A DNA stretch of 64,000 nt from an uncultured cyanobacterium (lineage in GTDB: Bacteria > Cyanobacteriota > Cyanobacteriia > Cyanobacteriales > CAWCAG01): contig CAWDOD010000007.1 of assembly GCA_963803805.1 (NCBI GenBank), forward strand, positions 160,001-224,000, in the 5' to 3' direction. The notes under the pieces were generated by a model that worked only from the letters and a program-made list of their open reading frames with translations, was not told the DNA's origin and searched no databases. Shown here in pieces: positions 31,199 through 42,000 of the stretch. Every line of letters starts with the position of its first letter. Position 1 is the stretch's first letter. The translations under genes were made by a program, and so were the position numbers.

Positions 31199-31950
31199 TA
31201 TTCAACAATTTGTTTGGCAAGTTTTTAAGCTTTCATTTAGTAGTTACCTTTCTACTAATCAACACAAATATTGTAGAAGCAAGAGTGTTAAAACCTCAAT
31301 TAACTAAACCTTCCTATGAATTGAATTGGTGGGAACATTTTCTTCTTACTGAGGATACAGGACAAGGAACATCAAAAGGACATCCTATAAATACAGGTAC
31401 TCGTACTCCTTGTGATTATAAACGATATCTAGAACCTTTAGTACTAATAGAACCACACTCTAAGACAACCGAATGGCGTTGGGGTTTCACTCGCAATGAA
31501 TACCCGACTTTTTGGGCTTACATTCCTTATCAAGCAGACATGATCAAGAAGATCACCTTTTCTTTGCGGGATGAACAAGAGAACATCATCTATGAAACAA
31601 ACCTAAACAAACCAGAAACCACAGGCATCATTAGCTTCACTCTGCCTAACACTGCAAAGCTACTTCCTAAAGGAGAATGGTATAAATGGTATTTATTTGT
31701 CGAAGCCAGTTGTAAACCTCAACAAACTGCTGAAATGTATGAAACTAGTGCTTGGATACAAAGAAGCGATGACCCTCAAATTCCCGAAACTGAGTTTGTT
31801 TACGATCGCCTGACAGACATCGCTAACCTTGCAGAAAGTCCCCAGAAGCCACAGCAATGGCAAACATTACTTGAATCACTAGGGTTAGACGAATATACTA
31901 ACGAACCAATTATTGTAGACTGCTGTCAACCACTAGAGGAACAAGAGTGA
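31195..31950 (+). CDS. DUF928 family secreted protein
   Basis: ATGA overlap with the upstream stop; signal peptide; GTR.PC, YPTFWAYIPY, WYKWY, LLESLGL. Confidence 0.85.
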   Translation: MIFNNLFGKFLSFHLVVTFLLINTNIVEARVLKPQLTKPSYELNWWEHFLLTEDTGQGTSKGHPINTGTRTPCDYKRYLEPLVLIEPHSKTTEWRWGFTRNEYPTFWAYIPYQADMIKKITFSLRDEQENIIYETNLNKPETTGIISFTLPNTAKLLPKGEWYKWYLFVEASCKPQQTAEMYETSAWIQRSDDPQIPETEFVYDRLTDIANLAESPQKPQQWQTLLESLGLDEYTNEPIIVDCCQPLEEQE

Positions 31951-31994
31951 CAAACAGATTGGGTTGTATTGACACCATTTTCATACATCCGCCT

Positions 31995-32693
31995 CTAAAG
32001 CGTATCAGGGTCAATGCCTAAGTCTCGAAGCTTGTCTAGGGCTTTATTCAGTTTAGCTCTAGCTTGCTCTTCTTGTAAACGAGCCTGATCCCGCTCTACT
32101 CGCGCCTGATCCCGCTCCAGCAAACTTACTTCGGGTTCAGTAAATGTCTCACCATTGGGATAAAATACAGACAATCCATCCTCAAATAGTTCAAACCGAA
32201 TCTGCAAAAGGGGCGATGTCCAAGGCAAATACAATGCAGTAACCAAAGTATAAACATCATTATTCTGTTGGCGTACAAAGCCCCAGAAATCCTTACGCTG
32301 AATGTCGTAGTAATAGGCTTCTAAAACCCCATATTCTTCATAGAATTTCTGTTTTTCTGCCATTTCCCGACGAGTGTTGCTGGGGGAAAGAATCTCAAAC
32401 ACAACTTGGGGGGCAATCTGTTCTTCCTGCCATTGTTTATAGCTACCTCGATATCCTTGGGAACGACCTAAAACCACCATCACATCTGGCGCTTGGCATG
32501 GGGCAGGGGGTTCTTCCACTTCCACAGGATACCACAGCAAATCTCCTGCAACAAAGGCCACTTCATCTTTTAGTAAATGTTTGAGATTAGTAACTAGACG
32601 GACAATCCATTCATACTGTTCTGTGTTGTCGGCCATAGGTTTACCGTCAGAATCAGGGTATAGTGTTAAAGGAGAACGAGGAGTTTGAACCAT
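31995..32693 (-). CDS. Uma2 family endonuclease
   Basis: YPDSDGKPMADNT, APDVMV, PQVVFEILSPSN, ERDQAR coiled-coil tail, LRDLGIDP. Confidence 0.93.
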   Translation of the reverse strand: MVQTPRSPLTLYPDSDGKPMADNTEQYEWIVRLVTNLKHLLKDEVAFVAGDLLWYPVEVEEPPAPCQAPDVMVVLGRSQGYRGSYKQWQEEQIAPQVVFEILSPSNTRREMAEKQKFYEEYGVLEAYYYDIQRKDFWGFVRQQNNDVYTLVTALYLPWTSPLLQIRFELFEDGLSVFYPNGETFTEPEVSLLERDQARVERDQARLQEEQARAKLNKALDKLRDLGIDPDTL

Positions 32694-32799
32694 GAGTCCT
32701 TGCAGACGACTGTTGATCGAGGGCAGTTTAGGTAAAGTTAGTTTATTATAACCCAGTGTTTGGTGGGTATGACACCCTTTCAAGAATAATGGTTGATTA

Positions 32800-35466
32800 T
32801 TAACGCCAATTGCCTACTAAAATAAAAGGACTCCAGTAGTAAGGTTTGCGATATTCACCCTCTCTGTTTAATAAACTTAACTGAGCATTTTGTAAAGCTT
32901 GTGCTTTCGTCAACCATTCTCCTGCTTCGGTTTTGCTCCCTAACTCCTGATAAAATTTCCCCATCAACATAGCAGTGGATTGATCGTTAACCGGATATAA
33001 AGAGGCAACAGCACTACGCGCCCCTGCTTGCAGTGCTACACCTGCCATACCTAATGCAGCACGTTTGTCGCCACTGGCCGTTTCACAAGCACTCAAAACT
33101 AATAGTTCTATTGCTGTGGTGTTGATTTCTGTTTGGTTTCTAATTAGGTTATCAAATTGGATTAAATTAATTTCTTCTTGGAAGGCATAAAGATAAGTTT
33201 CTTCAGGGCGAGAACTAAAAATGCCGTGGGTAGCAATATGAACTATAGAAAAGGGTTTTGTTTCTATTTGTTGTTGGAAGGTAGCTTTGGTAAAAGTGTT
33301 ATTTTTGATAATTTTACTATTTGGTCTAGATTCCTGAATTTCTATTAGTTCATCCTCAACGTAAGGCAAAGCAGAAGCACCGAGATTTTCTTCGCTAACT
33401 CCTGCTGCTAATAGTAAAGTATCTTGGTCAAGAATTTGTGTATTCTCTGGTATTTGTAAGCCTAAGCTAGAAGCTAAACTATATTTTTCAATTAAATATT
33501 TTTCTCCGTCATGAAGAGTAGCTAGAGGAATACTTCGCAGAGAACCATTTAAGACAAAGGCTAAAGTATCTACTGAATATTTTTGTAATTCTAAGTCGAT
33601 ATCTTGCAAGATCAGTTTATATAATTCTTGAAAAGATGAGGCATTATTAGCAGATTTTTTTTGTTTAATATCTGTTTGTATTTTCTCAACTAAATTATCT
33701 AATTCCTGAGCAGTAATATTAATAGTATAAGTTTTTAGTTCTGATTCTTGGGGTAGCTTAACAACAATTTCTAAACGGTTAGCAAAAATAATCGGATAAA
33801 TAACAGCTACAGGTAAGTTATCTTTGTCAACAATTTCTTGAATAGAAACGCGATCGCCATTTTGCAGTTGACAGCGTAGATAGTCTTCTAATTCCGCTAG
33901 CTGCAACTTTTCCATGACAGCAACTGCTTTTTGCAAATAAGTTTGTCTCTGATCTAAATCTTTGTTGCTGCTTTTTGCTTTTTCTGGTTGTTTAGCAGTT
34001 TGTAACAATAAGTCAGCTAATTCTCGATAAACTGGTTCAACATCATCACGAAAGTTAAATTTGAGGTCAGTATTATTGAGAGACAATAAATCTTTCCTGA
34101 CTTTATCTACTTCATTAATGGCATTTTCATAGGCTGCGATCGCACTCTCTTCTTCTCCCTTTTGACGAATAATTCTGCCTAGCTGCCACTGGGTTTGATA
34201 ACTAAGATCAGCACCATAAACTTCCTGTTTGGCTTGTTGAGTTTCAATTAGTTTGAACGCCTGTTCGGTTAATTGTTGTGCTTCAGCTAATTGTCCGTTA
34301 CTAGCATATAATTGACCTAAATATTTGAGAGCAAAAGCTTCAGAACGAGTATCTCTTAAACTGCGGGCAGATGTAACAGCATTGGTTAATAAATTAAGGG
34401 TATTTGAGTTGAATTGTTTAGCATTGGATAGTTGCATCAAACTATTAGCTAAGTTAAGCTGAGAATAGAGGCGATCGCGCCCAATATGCAAGTTATTAAT
34501 CCCCGCAATAAGTTCAGGTAATTCAGTAAGTAGTTGTCGCAATTGCTGCTCAACTTCTTGGCCAAGTTGAGTATCTTCCTTTGCTAGTTGTAGTAACCAC
34601 GGCTGGGCTTCAATGAGTAAGTTAAGATGGTTCAATTTTGCTTTGTAACTGAGGGCTAAACTAGGAGAATCGGCACTTTGTTGATAATAAATTAAAGCTT
34701 GCCCTAATTTTTCCTTAGCTTTTGTTAAATCATTAGGTATACCAAGGCGTTGATAATTATCTTGCCAGTGGGAGTAAGCTGCCCTGGCAGTATTGCCTAA
34801 ACTGAGGAGAGATTCATGATAACCGGGGGAAAAGTCAGCAGAGATAACTAAACTAGCTTGCAGTAACTCTTCTACTTGTTGCAGATAATCCTTCTCTTCA
34901 TCTCCTGGTAACAGAGGATTTTTTACCTTACCTGTAACTAACAAAAGATTCGCCATCAGCCGCAAACTTGTTGCCTTAATTTCTGAATCTTCTTGCTGCT
35001 GCCAGTACCTAAAAGCAGGAATCAGAGTATTAATTGCTTCACGATGCAACCCTAATTCTTGGAGTGCGATCGCTTGATAAACTTGACTACGATGTAAACC
35101 GGAATTATCCTTCCCTTGGGCATATTGTTCTGCTGCTAGTTGCCAACTGTATAAAGCGGCTTCAGCTTTCCCTATACCAAACTGTATTTTACCTTGAAGT
35201 TCTAACGCTTGGGCTAGCAATTGCCATTTTCGAGGAGAATCAAACTGTTGTAGTTGCGCTAAAGTATTTGCGATCGCTTCCTGGGCTAGTTGCCATTGTC
35301 CCTGTTGTTGATAAACTTGGGCTTGGGCAAGTTGTTTTTCAATTTCTTCTGTAGGTAATGCTTCAGCAACTGTAGTTCCTGTATTTGCAGGCTGAAGGGG
35401 AAAAGCTACTACAGGACAACAGATAATTATTAAGGCGAGGGACAAAGGTAGATGTAGTTTGACCAT
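32800..35466 (-). CDS. Exported TPR-CHAT (caspase-like, HetF family) protease
   Basis: Signal-like N-terminus, TPRs, catalytic motifs HIATHG and LVLSACET, YYWSPFILVGNW terminus. Confidence 0.92.
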   Translation of the reverse strand: MVKLHLPLSLALIIICCPVVAFPLQPANTGTTVAEALPTEEIEKQLAQAQVYQQQGQWQLAQEAIANTLAQLQQFDSPRKWQLLAQALELQGKIQFGIGKAEAALYSWQLAAEQYAQGKDNSGLHRSQVYQAIALQELGLHREAINTLIPAFRYWQQQEDSEIKATSLRLMANLLLVTGKVKNPLLPGDEEKDYLQQVEELLQASLVISADFSPGYHESLLSLGNTARAAYSHWQDNYQRLGIPNDLTKAKEKLGQALIYYQQSADSPSLALSYKAKLNHLNLLIEAQPWLLQLAKEDTQLGQEVEQQLRQLLTELPELIAGINNLHIGRDRLYSQLNLANSLMQLSNAKQFNSNTLNLLTNAVTSARSLRDTRSEAFALKYLGQLYASNGQLAEAQQLTEQAFKLIETQQAKQEVYGADLSYQTQWQLGRIIRQKGEEESAIAAYENAINEVDKVRKDLLSLNNTDLKFNFRDDVEPVYRELADLLLQTAKQPEKAKSSNKDLDQRQTYLQKAVAVMEKLQLAELEDYLRCQLQNGDRVSIQEIVDKDNLPVAVIYPIIFANRLEIVVKLPQESELKTYTINITAQELDNLVEKIQTDIKQKKSANNASSFQELYKLILQDIDLELQKYSVDTLAFVLNGSLRSIPLATLHDGEKYLIEKYSLASSLGLQIPENTQILDQDTLLLAAGVSEENLGASALPYVEDELIEIQESRPNSKIIKNNTFTKATFQQQIETKPFSIVHIATHGIFSSRPEETYLYAFQEEINLIQFDNLIRNQTEINTTAIELLVLSACETASGDKRAALGMAGVALQAGARSAVASLYPVNDQSTAMLMGKFYQELGSKTEAGEWLTKAQALQNAQLSLLNREGEYRKPYYWSPFILVGNWR

Positions 35467-35495
35467 TGTGATTTGTTCAACTAGTACTCTACCCT

Positions 35496-35547
35496 CTTCT
35501 CTTGTTGTAGTGAGAGATTTTATGCGAAAGAGAAGAATTGTTTACAA
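35496..35547 (-). promoter_or_regulatory. Putative alternative-sigma promoter, copy 2 (TPR-CHAT)
   Basis: Minus strand: TTGTAA(35547), GCATAAA(35525-35519), N17, GAGAA(35501-35497). Confidence 0.7.
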
Positions 35548-35631
35548 AAGTTGACCAAACAACAGACTTTTACCAGTGGAAGCCTGTACAATGCTCCTTG
35601 ATATATTTTTAAGTGTATCTACTAGATAAAT

Positions 35632-37359
35632 ATGAAATCTTGCCTCGTAGCTAAGTATTTCCTCTCCTATTCGTTTTGTTTGCTATTAACTGGATGGTTT
35701 ACCACTACCCTTAGTCTTGCCCAAAACCCACCACCACCAGAAATAGAACCTCCTTCTACCCGTCCTCAACCTTTGGAATCACCACAAAAGCTGCCTCCAC
35801 CGGAAGACTTGTTACCTCCTTTACCTACTCCTACCCCACCAGACAATCCATCTCTCCCGACAGTTGAAACCTTTGAAGTTAAGGAAATTCAAGTAGAGGG
35901 TAGCACATTATTCACCGAAGCAGAGTTAAAGGAAATCATCGCCCCCTTCCTCAACAAATCCCTATCTCTGCCTGAACTTCAGCAGGTAGCATTAGCTGTA
36001 GAGAAATATTACCTTGAGCAAGGATATCTTACTTCGGGGGCTTATGTTTCCCGGTTCGACATTGGGGAAGGCATCTTAACTATTCAAGTAGTAGAAGGGG
36101 GCATAGAAAAGATTAGAATCACTGGTACAAAAAGACTCAATCCTAGCTATATTCGTAGTCGTCTTGCGATCGCTACCACAACTCCCCTCAACAAAGAAAG
36201 ACTCTTAGAAGCTTTGCAACTCTTGCGTAGTGATCCTTTGATTGATAGGATCAGGGCTGATTTATTGGATAGTTCCCGCCTCGGACAAAGTATTCTGGAA
36301 ATTAAAATAACCGAAGCTGATAGTTTTCGCACCGACTTTAGTTACAATAACCAGCGTTCCCCTAGTGTAGGGACTAATCGTTTAGGTTTGAGTTTCAATG
36401 AAGGGAATTTACTAGGATTAGGAGATTCCCTACGCCTAGGCTACTACCACAGCGAAGGCAGCGACAGTTTAGATTTTGGTTATGAATTACCTATTAATCC
36501 CCGTAATGGCAGCATTAGCTTTGCCCATGGTACAACCTCAAGTCAGGTAATCGAAGACCCCTTTGCCATCCTAAATATCGAATCAGACTCCCGCTACTAC
36601 GAAATCAGCCTACAACAACCAGTTAAACGCACACCCAGAGAAGAAATGACCCTTGGCTTAACAGCTTCACGCCAGGAAAGTGAAAGTTCTCTTTTAGGTA
36701 TTGCCATCCCTCTTGCTGTAGGGGCTGATGCCCAGGGGCGTGTCCGTGTCTCCACTTTGCGGTTTTTCCAAGAATGGGTAAAGCGTGGAGACAGGGAAGT
36801 AATAGCTTTGCGATCGCAGTTTAACTTAGGAGTAGGGGCAATGTCTGCCACAATCAACGAAGCTGAACCCGATAGTTTATTCTTCTCCTGGCGTTTGCAA
36901 GGACAGTGGCTGCGCCTACTTGCACCGGATACCTTGTTAGTAGTCAGGGGAAATGTACAACTTGCAGACCAAGCTTTACTTAGTTTAGAACAGTTCGGAA
37001 TAGGTGGGCAAAACACCGTCAGGGGTTATCGCCAAGATTTCTTACTTGCTGACAATGCTGCCACCGTTTCTGGGGAATTACGTTGGCCCATTTTACGGGT
37101 ATCTGATTGGGATAGCGTTTTACAGTTAACCCCTTTCTTTGACTTTGCCACAGTTTGGAATAATTCTAGGAATCAGGGACAACGTAGGGAATTAAATAAT
37201 CATAACTTAGCTTCTGTTGGTTTAGGTTTACGTTGGCAACAGGGGGATAATTTAGCCTTAAGTTTGGCTTGGGGTATTCCTCTGATTAGTGTCGATAGTT
37301 CAGAGAATACCTGGCAGGAACAAGGCTGGCATTTTTCGGTTATTTACAGTCCTTTTTGA
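35632..37359 (+). CDS. Two-partner secretion transporter TpsB (ShlB/FhaC/HecB)
   Basis: Signal peptide, Pro-rich linker, POTRA (YLEQGYLTSGA...VVEG), VRGY motif, beta-barrel ending in F. Confidence 0.93.
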   Translation: MKSCLVAKYFLSYSFCLLLTGWFTTTLSLAQNPPPPEIEPPSTRPQPLESPQKLPPPEDLLPPLPTPTPPDNPSLPTVETFEVKEIQVEGSTLFTEAELKEIIAPFLNKSLSLPELQQVALAVEKYYLEQGYLTSGAYVSRFDIGEGILTIQVVEGGIEKIRITGTKRLNPSYIRSRLAIATTTPLNKERLLEALQLLRSDPLIDRIRADLLDSSRLGQSILEIKITEADSFRTDFSYNNQRSPSVGTNRLGLSFNEGNLLGLGDSLRLGYYHSEGSDSLDFGYELPINPRNGSISFAHGTTSSQVIEDPFAILNIESDSRYYEISLQQPVKRTPREEMTLGLTASRQESESSLLGIAIPLAVGADAQGRVRVSTLRFFQEWVKRGDREVIALRSQFNLGVGAMSATINEAEPDSLFFSWRLQGQWLRLLAPDTLLVVRGNVQLADQALLSLEQFGIGGQNTVRGYRQDFLLADNAATVSGELRWPILRVSDWDSVLQLTPFFDFATVWNNSRNQGQRRELNNHNLASVGLGLRWQQGDNLALSLAWGIPLISVDSSENTWQEQGWHFSVIYSPF

Positions 37360-37393
37360 GAGAATTTGACTGTTTTGAGTGCGATGGCGAAAC

Positions 37394-37558
37394 CCGCCAC
37401 GGATTAAAATCCATGTCTAGCAGCCTAAGTCATCTTTAAGATGACTTCCAAACGCTGTAGTCTTCCCCAAGAAAAACTGTAACAAAACTCCTAAAAATTA
37501 ATCTCCTAGTCATCTTGAGATGACTTAAGTTGTTAGCCCCGAATTAATTCGCGGGCGG
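37394..37558. repeat. Palindromic REP/MITE-like element, copy 1
   Basis: CCGCC...GGCGG ends, inner hairpins, paired AGTCATCT-N-AGATGACT palindromes; related copy at 53254-53384. Confidence 0.8.
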
Positions 37559-37591
37559 TATATGAACAAATATTAAGATATCAGTTTCTCT

Positions 37592-37621
37592 GCATAAAAG
37601 TTGCCGCGTTTTCTAGAGAAG
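37592..37621 (+). promoter_or_regulatory. Putative alternative-sigma promoter, copy 3 (PEP-CTERM gene)
   Basis: GCATAAA(37592-37598), N17, GAGAA(37616-37620). Confidence 0.65.
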
Positions 37622-37668
37622 AAACTAGAAACCCATATTTTAATTTACATGAAAGGGAAGCTTCTACT

Positions 37669-39014
37669 ATGAGATTTAAGCACATTGCTTCTTATCTTAG
37701 CTACAGCGTGCTAACACTTGGTATTTGTTCTCTACCAATTCAAACTGCCCAAGCAGGAACTATTCATAACAATTGGAACTATGTTATAGATTCGCCCAGC
37801 GACGGTACAGAAAGAACAGGGTTTGGATTTAACCCTACTCCTTATCGAGTTGGGGGTTCAGATAACCCCTTTGAAATGTATGGTATGTCCTTGTTGGATT
37901 TAGGCGATCGCGTCACAGTTGCCATAACAGGTAATATGCCTTTAGGAGGGGTTGATGATCCTTGGGGATATGTCAATGACGGTAATACAGCCTGGGGAGA
38001 TTTATTTTTCAACTTTACCGGAGAAGATATTCCTACTGCTAACACACGGGAGAACCTATTTGCTGTTCGCTTTGCAGCTAATAACGAAGCCGGAGTTAGC
38101 GAACTCGGAGTTTACAAAGATATAACTCTCAAAAATGTTGCTTCAATCAACGATGGCTGGCCTACTGTTGATAGATATATCAATGCTGTTGAGGCAAAAG
38201 GCAGTGATCCTTCAATGGGAGATATAGATATAAGAAGTGGCTATTTCGGTGAAGAAAGTTACAACGTAATTGACTCTGGTACAAAAGTAGGTGATGTTGA
38301 ACTCCTTGACTTGCCAGCTTTAACTGCATTAGGGTTAGACTTTGAAAATTTTGATGCTGCTGGTTCAGAAACCTTTGGTTTTAGTTTCGCTAAACCAGAA
38401 GGCTTTATCGGCAGTTTCATCAGCCACATCGTCACAGAATGTTTCAATGATGGAGTTGCCCTCAAAGGTGCTTTAACCCTTGGAGGCCCTGTTCTTCCTG
38501 GCCCAACTCCTGAACCTTGCGTAGTCACAGACGGACAAAAAAATCCTCTGCTACCCAGCTTTATTGATGATGAAGGGTGGGCTGTATTTGAAAATGTAGA
38601 AAGTGGTCTGTGGTATGACCCTGTTGCAGAAATGGGTTTTGAGTTTCAGGCACTAGGGGAAACCCGATTTACTGTGATAGAAGACTTCCCTTGTGGTATT
38701 TCCGAAGATGATACCTTTGATGTTTATGTAGGTTCCAAACCCTATAGGGATCTTGGCCTGATAAAAGCTTAGTTTTTGACTTCCCAGTTAAAGAATTTAA
38801 GATTACTTTTCCCCTTGAAGGTGATTACGGGCGGGAGACTTTCCCTGTGAAACTTGACTTTGCCACTGCAACAGGAACTTTTAGAATGCGTCAAATCCCA
38901 CCACCACCGACTCCTCCTGAACCAGAAAAAATACCTGAACCTGATTCTGTAATGGCAATTCTAGCTTTAAGCCTTTCCGGACTCATTTGGCGATTGAGTC
39001 GCAAGAAAGTTTAG
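37669..39014 (+). CDS. PEP-CTERM (exosortase-dependent, XDD3-like) surface protein, frameshifted near 38755
   Basis: Signal peptide AQA-G. The -1 frame continues PDKSLVFDFP...IPEPDSVMAILALSLSGLIWRLSRKKV*. Confidence 0.85.
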
Positions 39015-39045
39015 GATTTTAGGTTTGTTGCATTTTAATTAGCGG

Positions 39046-39077
39046 AGGGAGATAGCTTGTAAGTTGGCTATCTCCCT
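39046..39077. terminator. Hairpin between convergent genes (probable bidirectional terminator)
   Basis: AGGGAGATAGC / GCTATCTCCCT 11-bp perfect stem with a 10-nt loop. Confidence 0.7.
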
Positions 39078-39094
39078 ATTAATTGTGTTTTCTA

Positions 39095-42000
39095 TCAATC
39101 GTTTCTCAACAAACAACTAGCAAAAGCCTGAGAAGTCAGTATAATTTCACCATCCGGTAATTCAAACCAACCTTGCACTTCTTGAATCGATTGATCTGAA
39201 TGAGATTGCTGTGTATCACTTAATGATGTAACCGATGTATTCAGACTATCAATACTACTACTCAATGGATCAGAAGGGTTAGAAGGTAAACCAGCCCTGC
39301 CGATGTCGATAAAGACAGAATTTTTCTCTCCATTACTTCCTACAGCACAACCTTCAGGTAAACCTTCATCTAAAAAACGATCATCTAAGGGATTAAGGCG
39401 CAGATTGTCATTAACATTGATCTCAACAGTACCATCAATTCCTAACTCAGAACTAGCAGTAAAATCGCTTTCAGAGGTGTTAACCTTTTCAAAGAGTCTA
39501 AAACCAAAAATCCCTTTTGCTGTAGCAGTAATATTACCACCTTGACCTTGTAAAGAACTGGCAATAATATCACTATCTTCTGCAAGAATCGCAACAATAA
39601 AGTCACCAACTCTCAGGGTCATATTACCACCGCTACCTGTACCATTCGCATTGGTCAAAATATCGCTATCCTGGCGCAGAATCACTGATTTATCTACAAA
39701 AAGTTGAATGTTACCGCCATTAGCATTAATTGTTTCTGTTGTCAGCCTTGCACCGTTGGTCATATTAACAGATTCTGCATTGACTAGTATGTCCCCTGCA
39801 TTACCTGAGTTGTTACCACTAAGATTAACTTGCCCACCATTTTCTATGTTTAACAGCTTTGTATTAATTTCAATACCTTGGGCATTACCAGAACCAGAAG
39901 AAGCAAAGACAAGACGACTAGCTTGACCACTATTGGCTACACCACTTACTTTCACTAAGTCTGAAGCATTAACAACTAAAGTTCCGCCTTGACCATCGCT
40001 AACAGTGGATGCGGATACTTCCCCTCCATCTTCAACCAGTAATTGACTGGTGTTAATGACAAAATTACCTGCATTGCCACCACCAAAAGTATCTGATGAT
40101 AAACCACTTCTAACCTGACCATTAGGGGTAGTACCTACAACTTTTACAAACTCTGAAGCATTAATAACAACATTTCCAGCTTGTCCTTGTCCTGATGTCG
40201 AGGCAAAAATCCTTGCACCTTCTTGAAGGGTTAATTGCTTAGTATTAACTGTTAAATTTCCGGCATTTCCTGTACTTGTTGCCCCTAAAAATATGCCGCT
40301 AAAGTTAGCATTGTTAACTGGATTAAAATCGTTACCGATCAAAGTAGCTGACTCGCTGGCATTAACAGTTATTGTCCCCCCTGTTCCTGTACCTTGACTA
40401 AAAGCAGAAACGAAAGAACCATTTTCTAGTTGCAAAGTCTTAGCTTGCATATCAATAACTCCTGCATTGCCATCACCGTTAGTGTTGACGAAAATAAAGC
40501 CTCTGTTTAAAGATATACCTTGTTCTGCGGTTAGAGTAATTTGTCCTGAATCTCCGTTACTGCCTAGGCTATTCATGTCAGCAATGTCACTATTAGCATA
40601 AATACCAGAAGTGTTTTCAATATTAATTTCTTGAGCATCAACACTGATATTTCCTGCTGTTGCTGTACCGATTATTGCCGTTGTACCAGCAGTCCTTGCA
40701 GATAATTCTGCACCATTTTGCAAGGTAAAACTGCCACCACTACTAAGATTAATATCACCTCCTTTCAGAGTAGATGTGTCTGTATAACTCTCATTAAAAA
40801 TTCCTTGAGATAATACCAAAGGCGCGTCGCTGTGGACTCGGACATTGCCTCCCAGTAATCCTCTAGCAAGAATCTCTGCATTAGTAGTAAGTGTTCCTGT
40901 TCCTAAGATAGTTACATCGCCACCATTACCACCGTAAGTATTAAGTGGTAAACCTCCTCCTATATTTTGATCAAGGGCAGAAGCATTTATACCACCTTGC
41001 AAAGTTGTATCTCCCCGTGAATCAATCTGTATAGAACCCCCTCCCTGTACTTCTCTAGTATCTATAACTCCATTAACTGCAATTCCTCCCGGTAAGCTAT
41101 TAGGAAAGAATTGATTTGTTAAAACGACTCTACCTCCGTCACTACCAGCAAACCCAAAAGCAGTAACAATTTCTCCCGTGGTAATATTGGCATTTGCTAG
41201 AGGTGTAGAAAATCTAGGCGGTGGGTTAGCAGTAAAGAAAGAATTACCATCAATTACACTGTTGTCAGGAGTAGGAATCCCCCCTAAAGCGTTCCAATCA
41301 ATGCCTGCCCGTATGTCTAAGGTTGGTCTAGCATTACCATTAATCGTCGGGACTGCTGTACCATCTGATAAATTAAAGTTTGCTAAATCACTATAGGTTG
41401 TAGTTGCGTTAATATTGTTTGTATTTCCAGGGTTAATAGAGTTATTTCCTGTTTCTAAATTATCAATTAATACATCGCCTAAAGCGACGCTACCTCCAGC
41501 TAGAATATGCAAAGAAGCACCCTGATAATCCCCTAAAATCACATCCCCAGAAGTAATAATTATTGGATCATCAGGACTAAATAAATCTCCTAAACTCCCA
41601 TCTAATTTCTCCACACGAAAATTCCCCCCACTCCAATAATGGGCATCACCACCCACTGCATTACCAGAACGCAAAGTTAAATCTCCCCCAGCAAACAAAC
41701 CACTATCAGGATGATTCAGGGCAAAAATATCCACTTTCTCATCACCCTGGACCAACAACTCTCCTCCCGCAGCAGCTACAAAAGGGTTAGTAACACTATC
41801 CCTAATCTTCACTTCGTTTGTCGCCACTAAGTTAACATCACCGCCACCTTGTACTTCACCAGTTAAATCTAAATTCCGTCCTACCAAGGTTAAATCTTGC
41901 CCCACAAGTAACTTACCTCGGTTAACAATTTCCGCACGGGGAACATTGTTTCCATACTGCAAACCAGGACGTATATTAACTGTTAAAAGAGGAGGTGCAT

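Noticed and set aside
33185-33214. GCATAAA-N18-GAGAA match inside the TPR-CHAT gene (antisense)
   Set aside because: Intragenic, and it lacks the C-N-W before GAGAA, the downstream T-purine step and the upstream TTGTRA. Treated as a chance match.
32800-35466. TPR-CHAT as CRISPR-associated Csx29
   Set aside because: It has a signal-peptide-like N-terminus and there is no Cas7-11 or array nearby. The comparison is only a mechanistic analogy.
39095-39400. TpsA C-terminus as a CdiA-type toxin
   Set aside because: No VENN/DUF637-like pre-toxin region and no downstream immunity ORF. The tail is the usual cyanobacterial GRxGLP...QGW motif.
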